Below are positions 19,539-28,750 of a stretch of 58,613 nt of DNA, in pieces. Source of the DNA: a virus; IMG/VR virus record IMGVR_UViG_3300045988_115582; one strand, written 5' to 3'. The notes under the pieces are model-generated. The model saw only the letters and a list, made by a program, of their open reading frames with translations, searched no databases and was not told the origin of the DNA. Numbering within the stretch: position 1 is the stretch's first letter; each line of letters begins with the position of its first letter. A program made the position numbers and the translations under genes.

Positions 19539-20324
19539 ATGAACGAGATAAATAATGTAATAGATATGAAAACTCCGATTGAGATTGCTTTACAGATTGA
19601 TGAAAGCGGTCACACTACAGCGAGAGCGTTATATGAATTTTTAGAAATGCCTACATCGAATTTCGCAAGATGGGCAAAGCAGAACATTGAGCAGAACGAA
19701 TTTTATGAGGAAGATATAGATTGGTGGGGGTTCGTCATCGTGAAGAACGGTAATGAATGCAAGGATTATCGTCTTACAACAGATTTTGCAAAGCATTTAT
19801 CTATGGAAAGTCATTCTGCTAAGGGCAAGATGGCAAGACAGTATTTTGTTAAGGTAGAAGATAAAGTAAAGGAAGTCGTAATCAATCGTTCTCAGTTATC
19901 CCCACAGATGCAGATGTTTTATGTGATAGCAGACGAACAGGCTAAAATGGAACTTGAACAAAAACGACAGGCAGAGCAGATAAACAAAGTTGAGCAGACA
20001 GTTGATAACATGAAAGAGATATTTACACAGCCTATAGGAGATTGGAAAGCTGAAATAAATTCAAGGGTTCGTGAAATATCAATCAAGAGTAACATTGACT
20101 ATCAGAAACTTTATAATCAGCTTTACGGCGAACTTGAAACAACAGCACATTGCAGTCTTAAAAGATTACAGGATAATAAGAAAAAGCGTATGGAAAAGGC
20201 AGGCAATACAAAGACTGCTATTAAACAGGAAACTACAAAAATTGCAATTATATACGAAAAGCCACAACTTAAAGCAATATTTGAGAATATAGTCAAGAAA
20301 TATGCTATGAGTTATTGTGCATGA
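19539..20324 (+). CDS. AntA/AntB-type antirepressor
   Basis: TARALYEFLEM..SNFARWAKQNI....DYRLTTDFAKHLSMESHSAKGKMARQYFVKVEDK. Confidence 0.75.
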   Translation: MNEINNVIDMKTPIEIALQIDESGHTTARALYEFLEMPTSNFARWAKQNIEQNEFYEEDIDWWGFVIVKNGNECKDYRLTTDFAKHLSMESHSAKGKMARQYFVKVEDKVKEVVINRSQLSPQMQMFYVIADEQAKMELEQKRQAEQINKVEQTVDNMKEIFTQPIGDWKAEINSRVREISIKSNIDYQKLYNQLYGELETTAHCSLKRLQDNKKKRMEKAGNTKTAIKQETTKIAIIYEKPQLKAIFENIVKKYAMSYCA

Positions 20325-20359
20325 TATGAAATTATGTGATACATAGATATGATAATAAA

Positions 20360-20388
20360 GGGCAGAACTACATATTCTGTCCTTTTTT
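20360..20388 (+). terminator. Rho-independent terminator closing the moron island
   Basis: Stem GGGCAGAA/TTCTGTCC followed by TTTTTT. Confidence 0.7.
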
Positions 20389-20429
20389 GGTGCAAAAAAT
20401 CATTAACCTTAAAAAGTTAGAGGTAGAAA

Positions 20430-20882
20430 ATGGCAGGATTTGTAAAAGGTAAAGGTCTTGTTTCCATTGCTACAGGATATAGCGGTGGAAATTACGAATA
20501 TACCAAAATAGACCAATTCATAGCGGCAGATAATTTAAGTATCACCGCTGACAGGGCACAGGATGTAGATAGTTATGTCAATGCAAACGGTTATTTAAAG
20601 AGAAATGTTTTAAAACATATGCGTGATGGCATATCTTTTTCAACGGTCTATATGGAGTATGACAAACACGAGAAGTTCATGATTATCATACGCAAAGCTA
20701 TGAGACAAAAGGATTGTGCAGAGTCACCCGAAAAGAAAGTTCGTGTTAGATATTTTAACGAATGGACTAACGATTACGAAACAGGATTTTTCTATATACC
20801 CGATGTTGAATGGAAATACGGCGGTACATATAAGGGAACACCGACATATTTGCCAACAACATTTGAGTTAATAGAGTATTAG
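20430..20882 (+). CDS. Distal tail protein-like (Dit position)
   Basis: 150 aa. It is the first tail-tip gene after the tape measure once the inserted island is set aside. Confidence 0.5.
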   Translation: MAGFVKGKGLVSIATGYSGGNYEYTKIDQFIAADNLSITADRAQDVDSYVNANGYLKRNVLKHMRDGISFSTVYMEYDKHEKFMIIIRKAMRQKDCAESPEKKVRVRYFNEWTNDYETGFFYIPDVEWKYGGTYKGTPTYLPTTFELIEY

Positions 20883-20894
20883 CGAGGTGAGACA

Positions 20895-23561
20895 ATGCTT
20901 AATCTTACAGATAGTGAAAAAGAGAGTTTTTATAAAAGCGGTGCGTACTTTAATGACTATGAATTTAATTTTACCGATTTGAATTTTACAATTACAAATG
21001 AAACACTACATCAAGAAAGCGTGACAATTAAAGAAAGCATATGTGATAGTGAGGATTTGCAGTTAGGTGGTTGTATTGCATCGTCATGTGAATTTGAGGT
21101 ATCAGAACTTGCAGGGAAAGAACTTGCAGGACTGAAATTTACGGCAAGATTATTAGTAAATGATGGTAAAGACGCAGTTGTAAAAATGGGTAAATATCGT
21201 GTTGATAGTGCAAAGCGTGTGAATGATAAAGACTATAGAAAAATTGTTGCTTATGATGCTTTATATGATGCACAAATAGATGTTTCCGACTGGTATAACA
21301 AAGTTTTCTATGTAGTATCTGAATATGAAGAAGTAGTTGCAGTTGGAGATATTGATGATTTATGGGAACACGGAGACTATTATATTGATAATTCGGGAAG
21401 TAAACCACCTTGGATAGCGTTTTTTGCGAATGGTGCAGTACCCGAAGAATGTCAAGATACAACATATCTTGATACATCAACAGGCAAATTATACGAAGCA
21501 CAAAATACAAGTAAAGACGAAGATAACGAATTATATCGTTGGGTTGAAGTGTATCAATGTAAAAGGAAAACAACCACGAAGCGTATTTACGCAAAAACAA
21601 CATTAAGAAAACTAAGAGAAAGTCTTTTAAATCACTTGAACATTTCTTTTATAGAACAGGATTTAATAAATGATGATGTAACTATCGAGAGGACATTTGA
21701 TGCTAGCGATACTGGTGAAATCATCGGCACAGATATACTAAAATACATTTGTGAATTAAATGCTGGATTTGGAAAAATAAATCGTGATGGAAAATTTGAA
21801 GTAATTCAATTGACAAGTGCGGGGTTATATCCCGAAGAAACATTGTACCCATCTGAGGATTTATACCCCGAAGAAAGCAATTATGAGCTTTTAAGTGCAG
21901 AAGAAAACGAAGCTAATTATATTTCTGTAGCTTATGAAGAATATGAAACAGAAGCTATTACGGGTGTTATAGTAAAAAGCAATAGTGATGATGTTGGTCA
22001 AGTTGTAGGGACAAAAGATAATGCTTATATGCTTACTGGAAATCCTTTGATATACAATAAGACCTCAGAAGATTTAACAAAAATCGGACAAAATATATTT
22101 GCAAAAATAAAAGGAATTACATACAGACCAAACACAACAACTTTAGAGGGGTTACCGTACTTAGAAACAGGCGATTATTATATTCTGACAAAAAACAATG
22201 ACGATGTTGGTTCGCCTATATTTACGAGAACATTGGCAGGAGTACAAGCATTAAAAGACACTTATGAGAGCAAAGGAAACAAACTAAGAGTAAATGAAGA
22301 TACGCAAACCTCAGAAATTATGAGTTTGCAATCAAAAACAATGAAAATTCAAAAAGGTGTTGACGGACTGTTGATAGAGGTTACAGACCTTGACGAAAAT
22401 ACAAGTTCAAGATTTGAACAGACAGCAAGCAAAATTGAAGCCGAAGTAAAAAGAGCAAGCAACGCTGAGGGAGAACTTTCGGGCAGGATTACTGTTACTG
22501 CCGACCAAATAACGCAGGAAGTATCAAGAGCCAAAGGAGCAGAGGGAGACCTATCGTCTCGGATAACGATGACAGCGGATGATATCACAGCAGAGGTAAG
22601 TCGAGCAAAGGGAGCAGAGGGAGACCTATCGTCTCGGATAACGATGACAGCAAATGAAATCAGCTCAAAGGTATCAAAAGGTGATGTTTGTTCTGAAATA
22701 AATCAGAGTGCTGAGCAAATTACATTATCAGGTAACAGGCTTGTGGTGAACAGCACGAATTTTCAATTAGATGGATATGGAAATGCTACATTTAGCGGAA
22801 ATTTAAGTGCTGCTACTGGAACTTTTGCAGGTGATTTATCAGCACCAGTAGTAAGATTTTATGGCTTGGTAAGTACAAATAATGCAATGACAATAGATGG
22901 CACAAGTGGGGTGTTACATGGTTCGGTATCTGGAGATTATGCTTCTGTAAATAAAGTGTCAACAGACAGCATATATAATAGGGGTACAAATAAGATTAAA
23001 ATATATATTGATTATGATGAAGGCTATGGTGTAATACTCGACAAAAATTCATCAAACAAATACCATTTCAGACCTGGTTCTAATGATTCACTAGACTGCG
23101 GTTCATCATCGTATAAGTGGGATAATATATATGCGACAAATGGCACAATACAGACATCTGATCGTAATGAAAAGACAAACATTGCTGACATGACAGAACA
23201 ATATGCAAAGATGTTAATAGATGGAGCTATGCCTAAGACATATCAGATGCGTGGTGGAAAAAGTGGAAGGACACATGCAGGAATGATATCGCAGGACCTA
23301 GAATGGCAGCTTATGCAAAATGGTATGTCATCACAGGATTTTGCAGGATTCATTAAATATGCAAAGGAAGATGAGAATGGATATCCAACAGGTCAGTTTG
23401 GATACGGGATACGCTATGAAGAATATATTGCACCGCTAATAAAGTATTGTCAGATGCTAAAAAGAAATTTGCAGGCAGAAAGAGAGTTTAGGGTGCAGAT
23501 GCAGAGCGATATTCTGAACATACAAGGTGAAATTGGCATTTTAAAGCAACAGTTGAAATAA
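20895..23561 (+). CDS. Tail-tip/fibre protein with a C-terminal peptidase S74 intramolecular chaperone domain
   Basis: 888 aa. C-terminus TSDRNEKTNI...GRTHAGMISQDLEWQL matches the endosialidase-chaperone motif. Contains internal 25-aa repeats. Confidence 0.75.
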   Translation: MLNLTDSEKESFYKSGAYFNDYEFNFTDLNFTITNETLHQESVTIKESICDSEDLQLGGCIASSCEFEVSELAGKELAGLKFTARLLVNDGKDAVVKMGKYRVDSAKRVNDKDYRKIVAYDALYDAQIDVSDWYNKVFYVVSEYEEVVAVGDIDDLWEHGDYYIDNSGSKPPWIAFFANGAVPEECQDTTYLDTSTGKLYEAQNTSKDEDNELYRWVEVYQCKRKTTTKRIYAKTTLRKLRESLLNHLNISFIEQDLINDDVTIERTFDASDTGEIIGTDILKYICELNAGFGKINRDGKFEVIQLTSAGLYPEETLYPSEDLYPEESNYELLSAEENEANYISVAYEEYETEAITGVIVKSNSDDVGQVVGTKDNAYMLTGNPLIYNKTSEDLTKIGQNIFAKIKGITYRPNTTTLEGLPYLETGDYYILTKNNDDVGSPIFTRTLAGVQALKDTYESKGNKLRVNEDTQTSEIMSLQSKTMKIQKGVDGLLIEVTDLDENTSSRFEQTASKIEAEVKRASNAEGELSGRITVTADQITQEVSRAKGAEGDLSSRITMTADDITAEVSRAKGAEGDLSSRITMTANEISSKVSKGDVCSEINQSAEQITLSGNRLVVNSTNFQLDGYGNATFSGNLSAATGTFAGDLSAPVVRFYGLVSTNNAMTIDGTSGVLHGSVSGDYASVNKVSTDSIYNRGTNKIKIYIDYDEGYGVILDKNSSNKYHFRPGSNDSLDCGSSSYKWDNIYATNGTIQTSDRNEKTNIADMTEQYAKMLIDGAMPKTYQMRGGKSGRTHAGMISQDLEWQLMQNGMSSQDFAGFIKYAKEDENGYPTGQFGYGIRYEEYIAPLIKYCQMLKRNLQAEREFRVQMQSDILNIQGEIGILKQQLK
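22536..22651 (+). repeat. In-frame tandem duplication (75-nt period) with two identical 41-nt cores
   Basis: ggagcagagggagacctatcgtctcggataacgatgacagc occurs at 22536-76 and 22611-51. A third, diverged copy lies upstream (about 22456). Confidence 0.85.
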
Positions 23562-23575
23562 GGAGGAAATAAAAA

Positions 23576-23821
23576 ATGGTAAAATTAAACAAACAAACTA
23601 CAGTAACAGGAGCATGTGTATTGACAGTTGATGGAAAGGAAGAACAAGTAGCATATATGAACGCTTCAATTCCAGTCGGCGGCGCACCTAACATTGGGAA
23701 AGCCATTCAGAATGTAGAGTTATTCAATGAAAACAAAGAGGAAGTATTGAAAGACTTTGCGGCATTTGACAATTATGTATATAGCCTTATGGAAACAGAG
23801 GAAACAAAAACAGCAGAATAA
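23576..23821 (+). CDS. Hypothetical tail-module protein
   Basis: 81 aa. RBS GGAGG. Confidence 0.6.
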   Translation: MVKLNKQTTVTGACVLTVDGKEEQVAYMNASIPVGGAPNIGKAIQNVELFNENKEEVLKDFAAFDNYVYSLMETEETKTAE

Positions 23822-23834
23822 GAGGTGACACACG

Positions 23835-24713
23835 ATGGCAGTAATAAAGGTTTACACCCGAATAAATTGGCTTAATAAGTCGGAAAGTCTGACAACACCG
23901 CTTGGTAAAACAAACTTAAATAAGATGGATAAAGCGATAAATCTTATTGATGATGAAGTTGTATCAATGTCAGCTAAAATTGATGAAATTGATACTACAA
24001 AAGTAAGTGCAGACCAACTTAATAACATGGTGACTGATGTATCTTTTAATGATAAAAATGGTGTTATCAGTATAACGAAGCACAATGGTACAGTTTTGAA
24101 CATTGATACCGCAATGGAAAAGATAGCCGTAAACTTTGAGTATAACGCACAGACACAGCAGCTTATACTTACACTTGAAAACGGCGAAAAGCAATACATT
24201 GATATGTCAGCTTTGATTACTCAGTATGAGTTTAAAGACACTGATACGATAGCTTTTAACATTGATACTGCTGGAAAAGTGAGTGCGTCTATTAAAAGTG
24301 GCAGTATAACAAAAGCTATGCTATCAAGCGAAGTTATGTCGGCTATAACATTGTCAGAAAACAATGCGGCGGCAAGTGCAAAAGCGGCGGCTCAGTCAGC
24401 TACAAATGCAGATATAGATGCTAAATTGTCACAATCTTATAGTGTTGGCAAGAGTGGTATTCGCGATGGTGAGGATGTTGATAATGCGAAGTATTATTCG
24501 AAAAAGGCAGAAACAGTGAGTGCGAATGTGCCGTCGTACATAAAACAAATAGAAGATGCTGGAAAAAGTCAAATAGACAAGATAAATGATGCATTGGGAC
24601 AGGCAGAAACGACTTTTGAAGTGAATTTATTAACTGGACATCTTGAATACACAGGAGCAAAGTTTTCTTTTAATGTAGTAGATAATGGACATTTAAACTG
24701 GGAGGTAAATTAA
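23835..24713 (+). CDS. Putative tail fibre / baseplate-associated protein
   Basis: 292 aa. Assigned by synteny. RBS GAGGTG. Confidence 0.5.
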   Translation: MAVIKVYTRINWLNKSESLTTPLGKTNLNKMDKAINLIDDEVVSMSAKIDEIDTTKVSADQLNNMVTDVSFNDKNGVISITKHNGTVLNIDTAMEKIAVNFEYNAQTQQLILTLENGEKQYIDMSALITQYEFKDTDTIAFNIDTAGKVSASIKSGSITKAMLSSEVMSAITLSENNAAASAKAAAQSATNADIDAKLSQSYSVGKSGIRDGEDVDNAKYYSKKAETVSANVPSYIKQIEDAGKSQIDKINDALGQAETTFEVNLLTGHLEYTGAKFSFNVVDNGHLNWEVN

Positions 24714-24714
24714 C

Positions 24715-26184
24715 ATGGCAGATGCAGGAAGAATAGTAATAATTCCTAAAGGCGAATATAAAAATAATGTAACATATGAGAGATTGGATGCAGTTTTATA
24801 TAACGGCAAAGGTTATATAGCACTGAAAACAGTAACAGGCGTTACACCTGTAGCAGACGGAGAAAATTGGCAGATTTATGTGGATAATGTAAATATTGAT
24901 GTAGATAATTTAAAGCCTAATTTTGAAATATCTAGTGAAAGAAAAAATATTTTTTCAGGTGAAACATTGTCTGCAATTTTGGGTAAGATAAAGAAATATT
25001 TTTCTGATATCAAGGAGCATGCTTTTAAAGATTTGGCAACAACATTCGATGTTGATGAGATAGGAACGGGACTTGATGCAACTGTAGGGAAAGAGCTTAA
25101 TGATAAACTGAATACAAACGGATATGGCGAGTTTGCTGGTGGGAAGAATTTATTTCACTATAGGGATGCAAAAATAGAAACAACAAGTTGTTCATATACT
25201 TTTTCAAATAATTCAATCTCTATAACAAGTAATTCAAATAACGCACAAATTGTGATAAGAGGAATCAAGGTAAAGAAAAATACAGATTATATACTTAGTG
25301 TTGGGGCAATTACTAATGCACTCTCTGATACTGCTATATTAGTGTATAGAGCAGACAATAGCAAGAATGTCGGAGGAAGTTTAACAAATCCATCTAATAG
25401 GTCATTTAAAATATCGAAAGGCGATTACGATGAAGTATTTGTTATACTTCGACATTCACAAAATAGTGTAGCATCTTCAGACAAAACATTAGTGTGGAAT
25501 AACATTCAAATTGAAGAAGGAAATACTTCAACACAATATGAACCATATTATCCATCGAATAAGATGCTTGCAGAAGAAAAAGCTGATAAATCAGAAACTG
25601 CTGTAAATATATTAAATCCTACTTTGCAGACTACTACTCAAGATGGAGTAACTTGCACTAATAATGGAGATGGTACTTATGCTTTGAATGGTACTGCTAG
25701 TGGAACAACCATTTTTGCTTTAAATGATATCCAGTTATCCGCAGGAAATTATAAAATGGTCGGTTGTGTAAAAGGAGGTTCTAATAATACTTATAAATTG
25801 GATGTATTTTCAGGAACTCTTCAGACAACATATCTTGCCGATTATGGTGACGGAAAAATAGAAAATGTGCCTGCATTAAATGGAACCATAAGAATAGTTG
25901 TGTATGCTAATACAACAGTAAACAACTTAATATTCAAACCAATGATTACAACCAATTTAAATGCTACTTATGATGATTTTGTACCTTACACGGGTGATAC
26001 GGGCTCTTTGAATAGTGATGTAGCAAGCTTGTTAAAAAGAATACAAGCATTAGAAAGTCAGTCAGCAAGTGCAACAAGCAAACTTTGCAGTGATGCTATA
26101 GACGATTTAGCCTCTGTGGTGTCAACACAAGATGAAGCTATAGACGAATTAGCAACAATAGTAACAGAAAGTGAGGAAAAATAA
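24715..26184 (+). CDS. Putative tail fibre / receptor-binding protein
   Basis: 489 aa. N-terminus GEYKNNVTYERLDAVLYNGKGYIALK...GENWQI is fibre-like. The C-terminus is a coiled coil. Confidence 0.55.
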   Translation: MADAGRIVIIPKGEYKNNVTYERLDAVLYNGKGYIALKTVTGVTPVADGENWQIYVDNVNIDVDNLKPNFEISSERKNIFSGETLSAILGKIKKYFSDIKEHAFKDLATTFDVDEIGTGLDATVGKELNDKLNTNGYGEFAGGKNLFHYRDAKIETTSCSYTFSNNSISITSNSNNAQIVIRGIKVKKNTDYILSVGAITNALSDTAILVYRADNSKNVGGSLTNPSNRSFKISKGDYDEVFVILRHSQNSVASSDKTLVWNNIQIEEGNTSTQYEPYYPSNKMLAEEKADKSETAVNILNPTLQTTTQDGVTCTNNGDGTYALNGTASGTTIFALNDIQLSAGNYKMVGCVKGGSNNTYKLDVFSGTLQTTYLADYGDGKIENVPALNGTIRIVVYANTTVNNLIFKPMITTNLNATYDDFVPYTGDTGSLNSDVASLLKRIQALESQSASATSKLCSDAIDDLASVVSTQDEAIDELATIVTESEEK

Positions 26185-26409
26185 ATGGTAGATTTCTTTT
26201 ATCGTAGAGTGATTAACGGAGTGAAAAAGTGGACTGATGTTCCTAAACTGTGGAGAGAACAGGTCAAGCAGATGCTTGTTGAGAGCGGCTATATTCTTAA
26301 CGAAGATGGAACAGTGGCAAAGTATGAACCCGACACTGATAACAGTACGGATGAAATCACGGATAGCAGTAATGAAAATGTTGATATAGATACAACTCCT
26401 GTCGAATGA
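26185..26409 (+). CDS. Small fibre-associated protein (XkdX-like position)
   Basis: 74 aa. Last gene of the late operon. Confidence 0.45.
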   Translation: MVDFFYRRVINGVKKWTDVPKLWREQVKQMLVESGYILNEDGTVAKYEPDTDNSTDEITDSSNENVDIDTTPVE

Positions 26410-26517
26410 TGGAAAAACATAACAGTATTTGTCATCTGACAACTATTTAAAACCCCCTCAAATAGTCATACAATAAGAATGTCGATAAAAACATCGGCAT
26501 ATCAAGTTTCGGCTTAT

Positions 26518-26555
26518 GGGCGGTGTAATTGGCGTTGCACTGCCCTGTTTTTTTG
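26518..26555 (+). terminator. Rho-independent terminator ending the late operon
   Basis: Stem GGGCGGTG/CACTGCCC followed by TGTTTTTTT. Confidence 0.7.
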
Positions 26556-26561
26556 AGGGGA

Positions 26562-26590
26562 TTGACATAGCAGAACAACCGTTCTATAAT
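26562..26590 (+). promoter_or_regulatory. Consensus sigma-70-type promoter TTGACA-17-TATAAT
   Basis: Exact hexamers at 26562-67 and 26585-90. Confidence 0.7.
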
Positions 26591-26611
26591 GTGTCACATA
26601 GGAGGAATAAA

Positions 26612-26743
26612 TTGAGTAAAGAAGAACTAAAAAGAGAAATTGTGGACCTTGTAGACCAAATTGACAACAACGAAATATTATATAAAATCTTAGTTGTTAT
26701 CAGAACACACTTAGAAATCTTAAATAACAAAGGCGAGGAATAA
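26612..26743 (+). CDS. Small moron ORF (43 aa, TTG start)
   Basis: GGAGGA lies 7 nt upstream of the TTG. It has its own consensus promoter and terminator. The 5' part of track ORF 26516.. is rejected because it spans a terminator and a promoter. Confidence 0.5.
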   Translation: MSKEELKREIVDLVDQIDNNEILYKILVVIRTHLEILNNKGEE

Positions 26744-26759
26744 TTCCCCGCCCCTTTTT
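26732..26759. terminator. Bidirectional terminator between convergent genes
   Basis: Stem GGCGAGGAA/TTCCCCGCC (one mismatch) followed by a T-run. Confidence 0.55.
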
Positions 26760-27112
26760 CATTTTATAAATCTTTCAAAAAACTTCCAAAACAATTCTTT
26801 ATCTTCATCAGATAATTTCCAATATTCCAATATAGCTTGTTTAGCTTTAGGGTCTGTTTCACCGATATATACTGCTACAGACTCGTAATCAGTATCAATA
26901 GAACTTTCCATATCGCCTTTTCCGGTTAAAAGCCATTCTTTATTAACATGGCATTTCTGACAAATAAGTTGTATAACTCCATCAGATGGGCTTCTTCTTC
27001 CTGTTTCGTAGCTTGAAATATTCTGTTTTGATATTCCGAGAAATTCCGCAAAGGCATCTTGCGTCTTTCCATAAGGACTGTTTTTCCTAATCTGTTTTAG
27101 TCGTTCTTTCAT
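26759..27112 (-). CDS. CI-like repressor (XRE-family HTH)
   Basis: MKERLKQIRKN...TQDAFAEFLGISKQNISSYETGRRSP. The start is moved to the ATG after GGAGG. Divergent from the early operon. Confidence 0.8.
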   Translation of the reverse strand: MKERLKQIRKNSPYGKTQDAFAEFLGISKQNISSYETGRRSPSDGVIQLICQKCHVNKEWLLTGKGDMESSIDTDYESVAVYIGETDPKAKQAILEYWKLSDEDKELFWKFFERFIK

Positions 27113-27134
27113 TTGTACCTCCTTTCTAAAATTG

Positions 27135-27245
27135 ATTATAAAGCATAAAAATATAAAAATCAATACAAAAAATTGTACAAAGTACAAAAAAGTTATTGAC
27201 ATAACAACTACAATGTACTATTATTAAATCGTACAAAGTACAAAA
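27135..27245. promoter_or_regulatory. Lysogeny switch: divergent promoters plus two direct 15-bp operators
   Basis: Leftward promoter TTGATT-17-TATAAT (27163-27135). Rightward promoter TTGACA-17-TATTAT (27196-27224). GTACAAAGTACAAAA at 27175-89 and 27231-45. Confidence 0.7.
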
Positions 27246-27270
27246 TACATTTGAAAGTGAGGTGGTCAAT

Positions 27271-27432
27271 ATGGCACAGACTTTAAGAAAAAAAGATATT
27301 GAAGATGCTAAGAAAATTTCAACTATTTTTTCAACACTTTCAGAAGAAAGTAAGACAATAGCAGTTATTTATCTGTCAGCTTTAAGAGATAAGGAAATGG
27401 CAGACGGAGAGAGAGTGAGGTGTGCACAATGA
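27271..27432 (+). CDS. First early gene, small protein (53 aa, Cro position)
   Basis: ATG after GTGAGGTGG. Too short to appear in the ORF track. Confidence 0.5.
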   Translation: MAQTLRKKDIEDAKKISTIFSTLSEESKTIAVIYLSALRDKEMADGERVRCAQ

Positions 27433-28154
27433 ATGATTTACAAATTTTTGAAAGTTCAGAATTTGGAAAAATCCGGACAGTTGAAATTGATGGCAAGCCA
27501 TATTTTGTAGCAACAGATGTAGCAAGGGCACTTGGATATTCTAATCCACGCAAAGCAGTTAATGACCATTGCAAGGGAGTAACAAAATGTGACACCCCTA
27601 CATCTAGTGGTGTTCAGCGAATGTCATACATAAATGAGGGCGATTTGTACCGCCTTATTATGAAATCAAAATTGCCTAGTGCAGAAAAATTTGAAAGCTG
27701 GGTGATGGATGAGGTTCTTCCTACCATTAGAAAGACAGGTTCTTACAACAAGCCTATGACAACAGCGGAAAAAATCCACTTACTTGCACAGAGCGACGAG
27801 GAATTAACTCACAGGGTAGATGAAGTCGAAGCAGAGGTTGAAGAACTGAAAGAAACAATGCCGTTACTTGCGGTTGATTGCGACAGGATAACAAATGCAG
27901 TCAAAGCAAAAGGCGTTGAAACACTCGGCGGTAAAGATAGTAATTCATACAAGGACAGGTCATTGCGTGGTCGTGTATATGCTGATATTCACAGAGAAGT
28001 AAAAAGACAGTTCGGAGTTACTACATATAAAGCTATAAAGCGTAATCAGTGTGAAAAGGCTGTTGCGTTTGTGAGAAATTACAATGTGCCGTTTGTTTTG
28101 CAGGAAGAAATAGCAGAAAACAATGCACAGTTGAATTTGGAGGTAACAGCATGA
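27429..28154 (+). CDS. Bro-N / ORF6C-type antirepressor
   Basis: LQIFESSEFGKIRTVEIDGKPYFVATDVARALGY...EKFESWVMDEVLPTIRKTG. Confidence 0.8.
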   Translation: MNDLQIFESSEFGKIRTVEIDGKPYFVATDVARALGYSNPRKAVNDHCKGVTKCDTPTSSGVQRMSYINEGDLYRLIMKSKLPSAEKFESWVMDEVLPTIRKTGSYNKPMTTAEKIHLLAQSDEELTHRVDEVEAEVEELKETMPLLAVDCDRITNAVKAKGVETLGGKDSNSYKDRSLRGRVYADIHREVKRQFGVTTYKAIKRNQCEKAVAFVRNYNVPFVLQEEIAENNAQLNLEVTA

Positions 28155-28408
28155 GAAATGACAGATACAGCATAACAGGCAGAAACGGCAAAAGTATAAT
28201 TGCCGAGAGAGACGGTGCTAGATACGTCGGTATTGATGAATTTGCACAGCATATAGCATTAGACATTTTAGATGACTACAGATATATTACAAACGGCGTT
28301 AAGCAGATTGATGAAACCAATATCGAGTTATCTATCAAAGTGCTAAACGCCATATCCCCAGTAGCCACAGCGTTTAGAAGCGCTTTGGGTTACGGAGAGG
28401 ATTGTTGA
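28151..28408 (+). CDS. Hypothetical protein
   Basis: 85 aa. RBS GGAGG. Confidence 0.6.
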   Translation: MRNDRYSITGRNGKSIIAERDGARYVGIDEFAQHIALDILDDYRYITNGVKQIDETNIELSIKVLNAISPVATAFRSALGYGEDC

Positions 28409-28565
28409 TTGCTTCAATTTTTGCTAGTTGTGGTTCTTCGGCAGGCAATGAGTTGATGGTTTCCGAATAGTATTGGTCGTACAGTTTCTTGAAATCATCA
28501 TATGAGCCTTTATAACCACAAATTTTAGCGGTAGCGTATGAAGCAACAATTATTTCAGTATCCAT
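28374..28565 (-). CDS. Hypothetical protein (isolated minus-strand gene in the early region)
   Basis: 63 aa from the ATG preceded by AGAGGTG. Convergent with 28151..28408. Confidence 0.55.
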   Translation of the reverse strand: MDTEIIVASYATAKICGYKGSYDDFKKLYDQYYSETINSLPAEEPQLAKIEAINNPLRNPKRF

Positions 28566-28637
28566 GATTTCACCTCTTTTCATAAAAAGATAGTGAAATT
28601 ATAGCATAAAAACAAAATATGAGAAAGTGAGGTAAAT

Positions 28638-28733
28638 ATGTTCGTAAACCCATTTGTTTTAGGAATTTTGGCAACTTTATTTGCAGAAATGGCATTACTT
28701 ATTGTATTGTCATGGTTTTCTAGTAAGAAATAG
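28638..28733 (+). CDS. 31-aa hydrophobic peptide with a basic C-terminus
   Basis: MFVNPFVLGILATLFAEMALLIVLSWFSSKK. ATG after GTGAGG. Confidence 0.5.
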   Translation: MFVNPFVLGILATLFAEMALLIVLSWFSSKK

Positions 28734-28750
28734 AAAGGAAAAAGATATAT

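Noticed and set aside
20895-26184. Diversity-generating retroelement targeting the fibre genes
   Set aside because: No reverse transcriptase ORF is present anywhere in the genome. The repeats in the fibre gene are identical in-frame duplications, not an adenine-mutated TR/VR pair.
26516-26611. 5' part of track ORF 26516-26743
   Set aside because: It spans a Rho-independent terminator and a consensus promoter. Only the RBS-preceded TTG at 26612 is plausible as a start.
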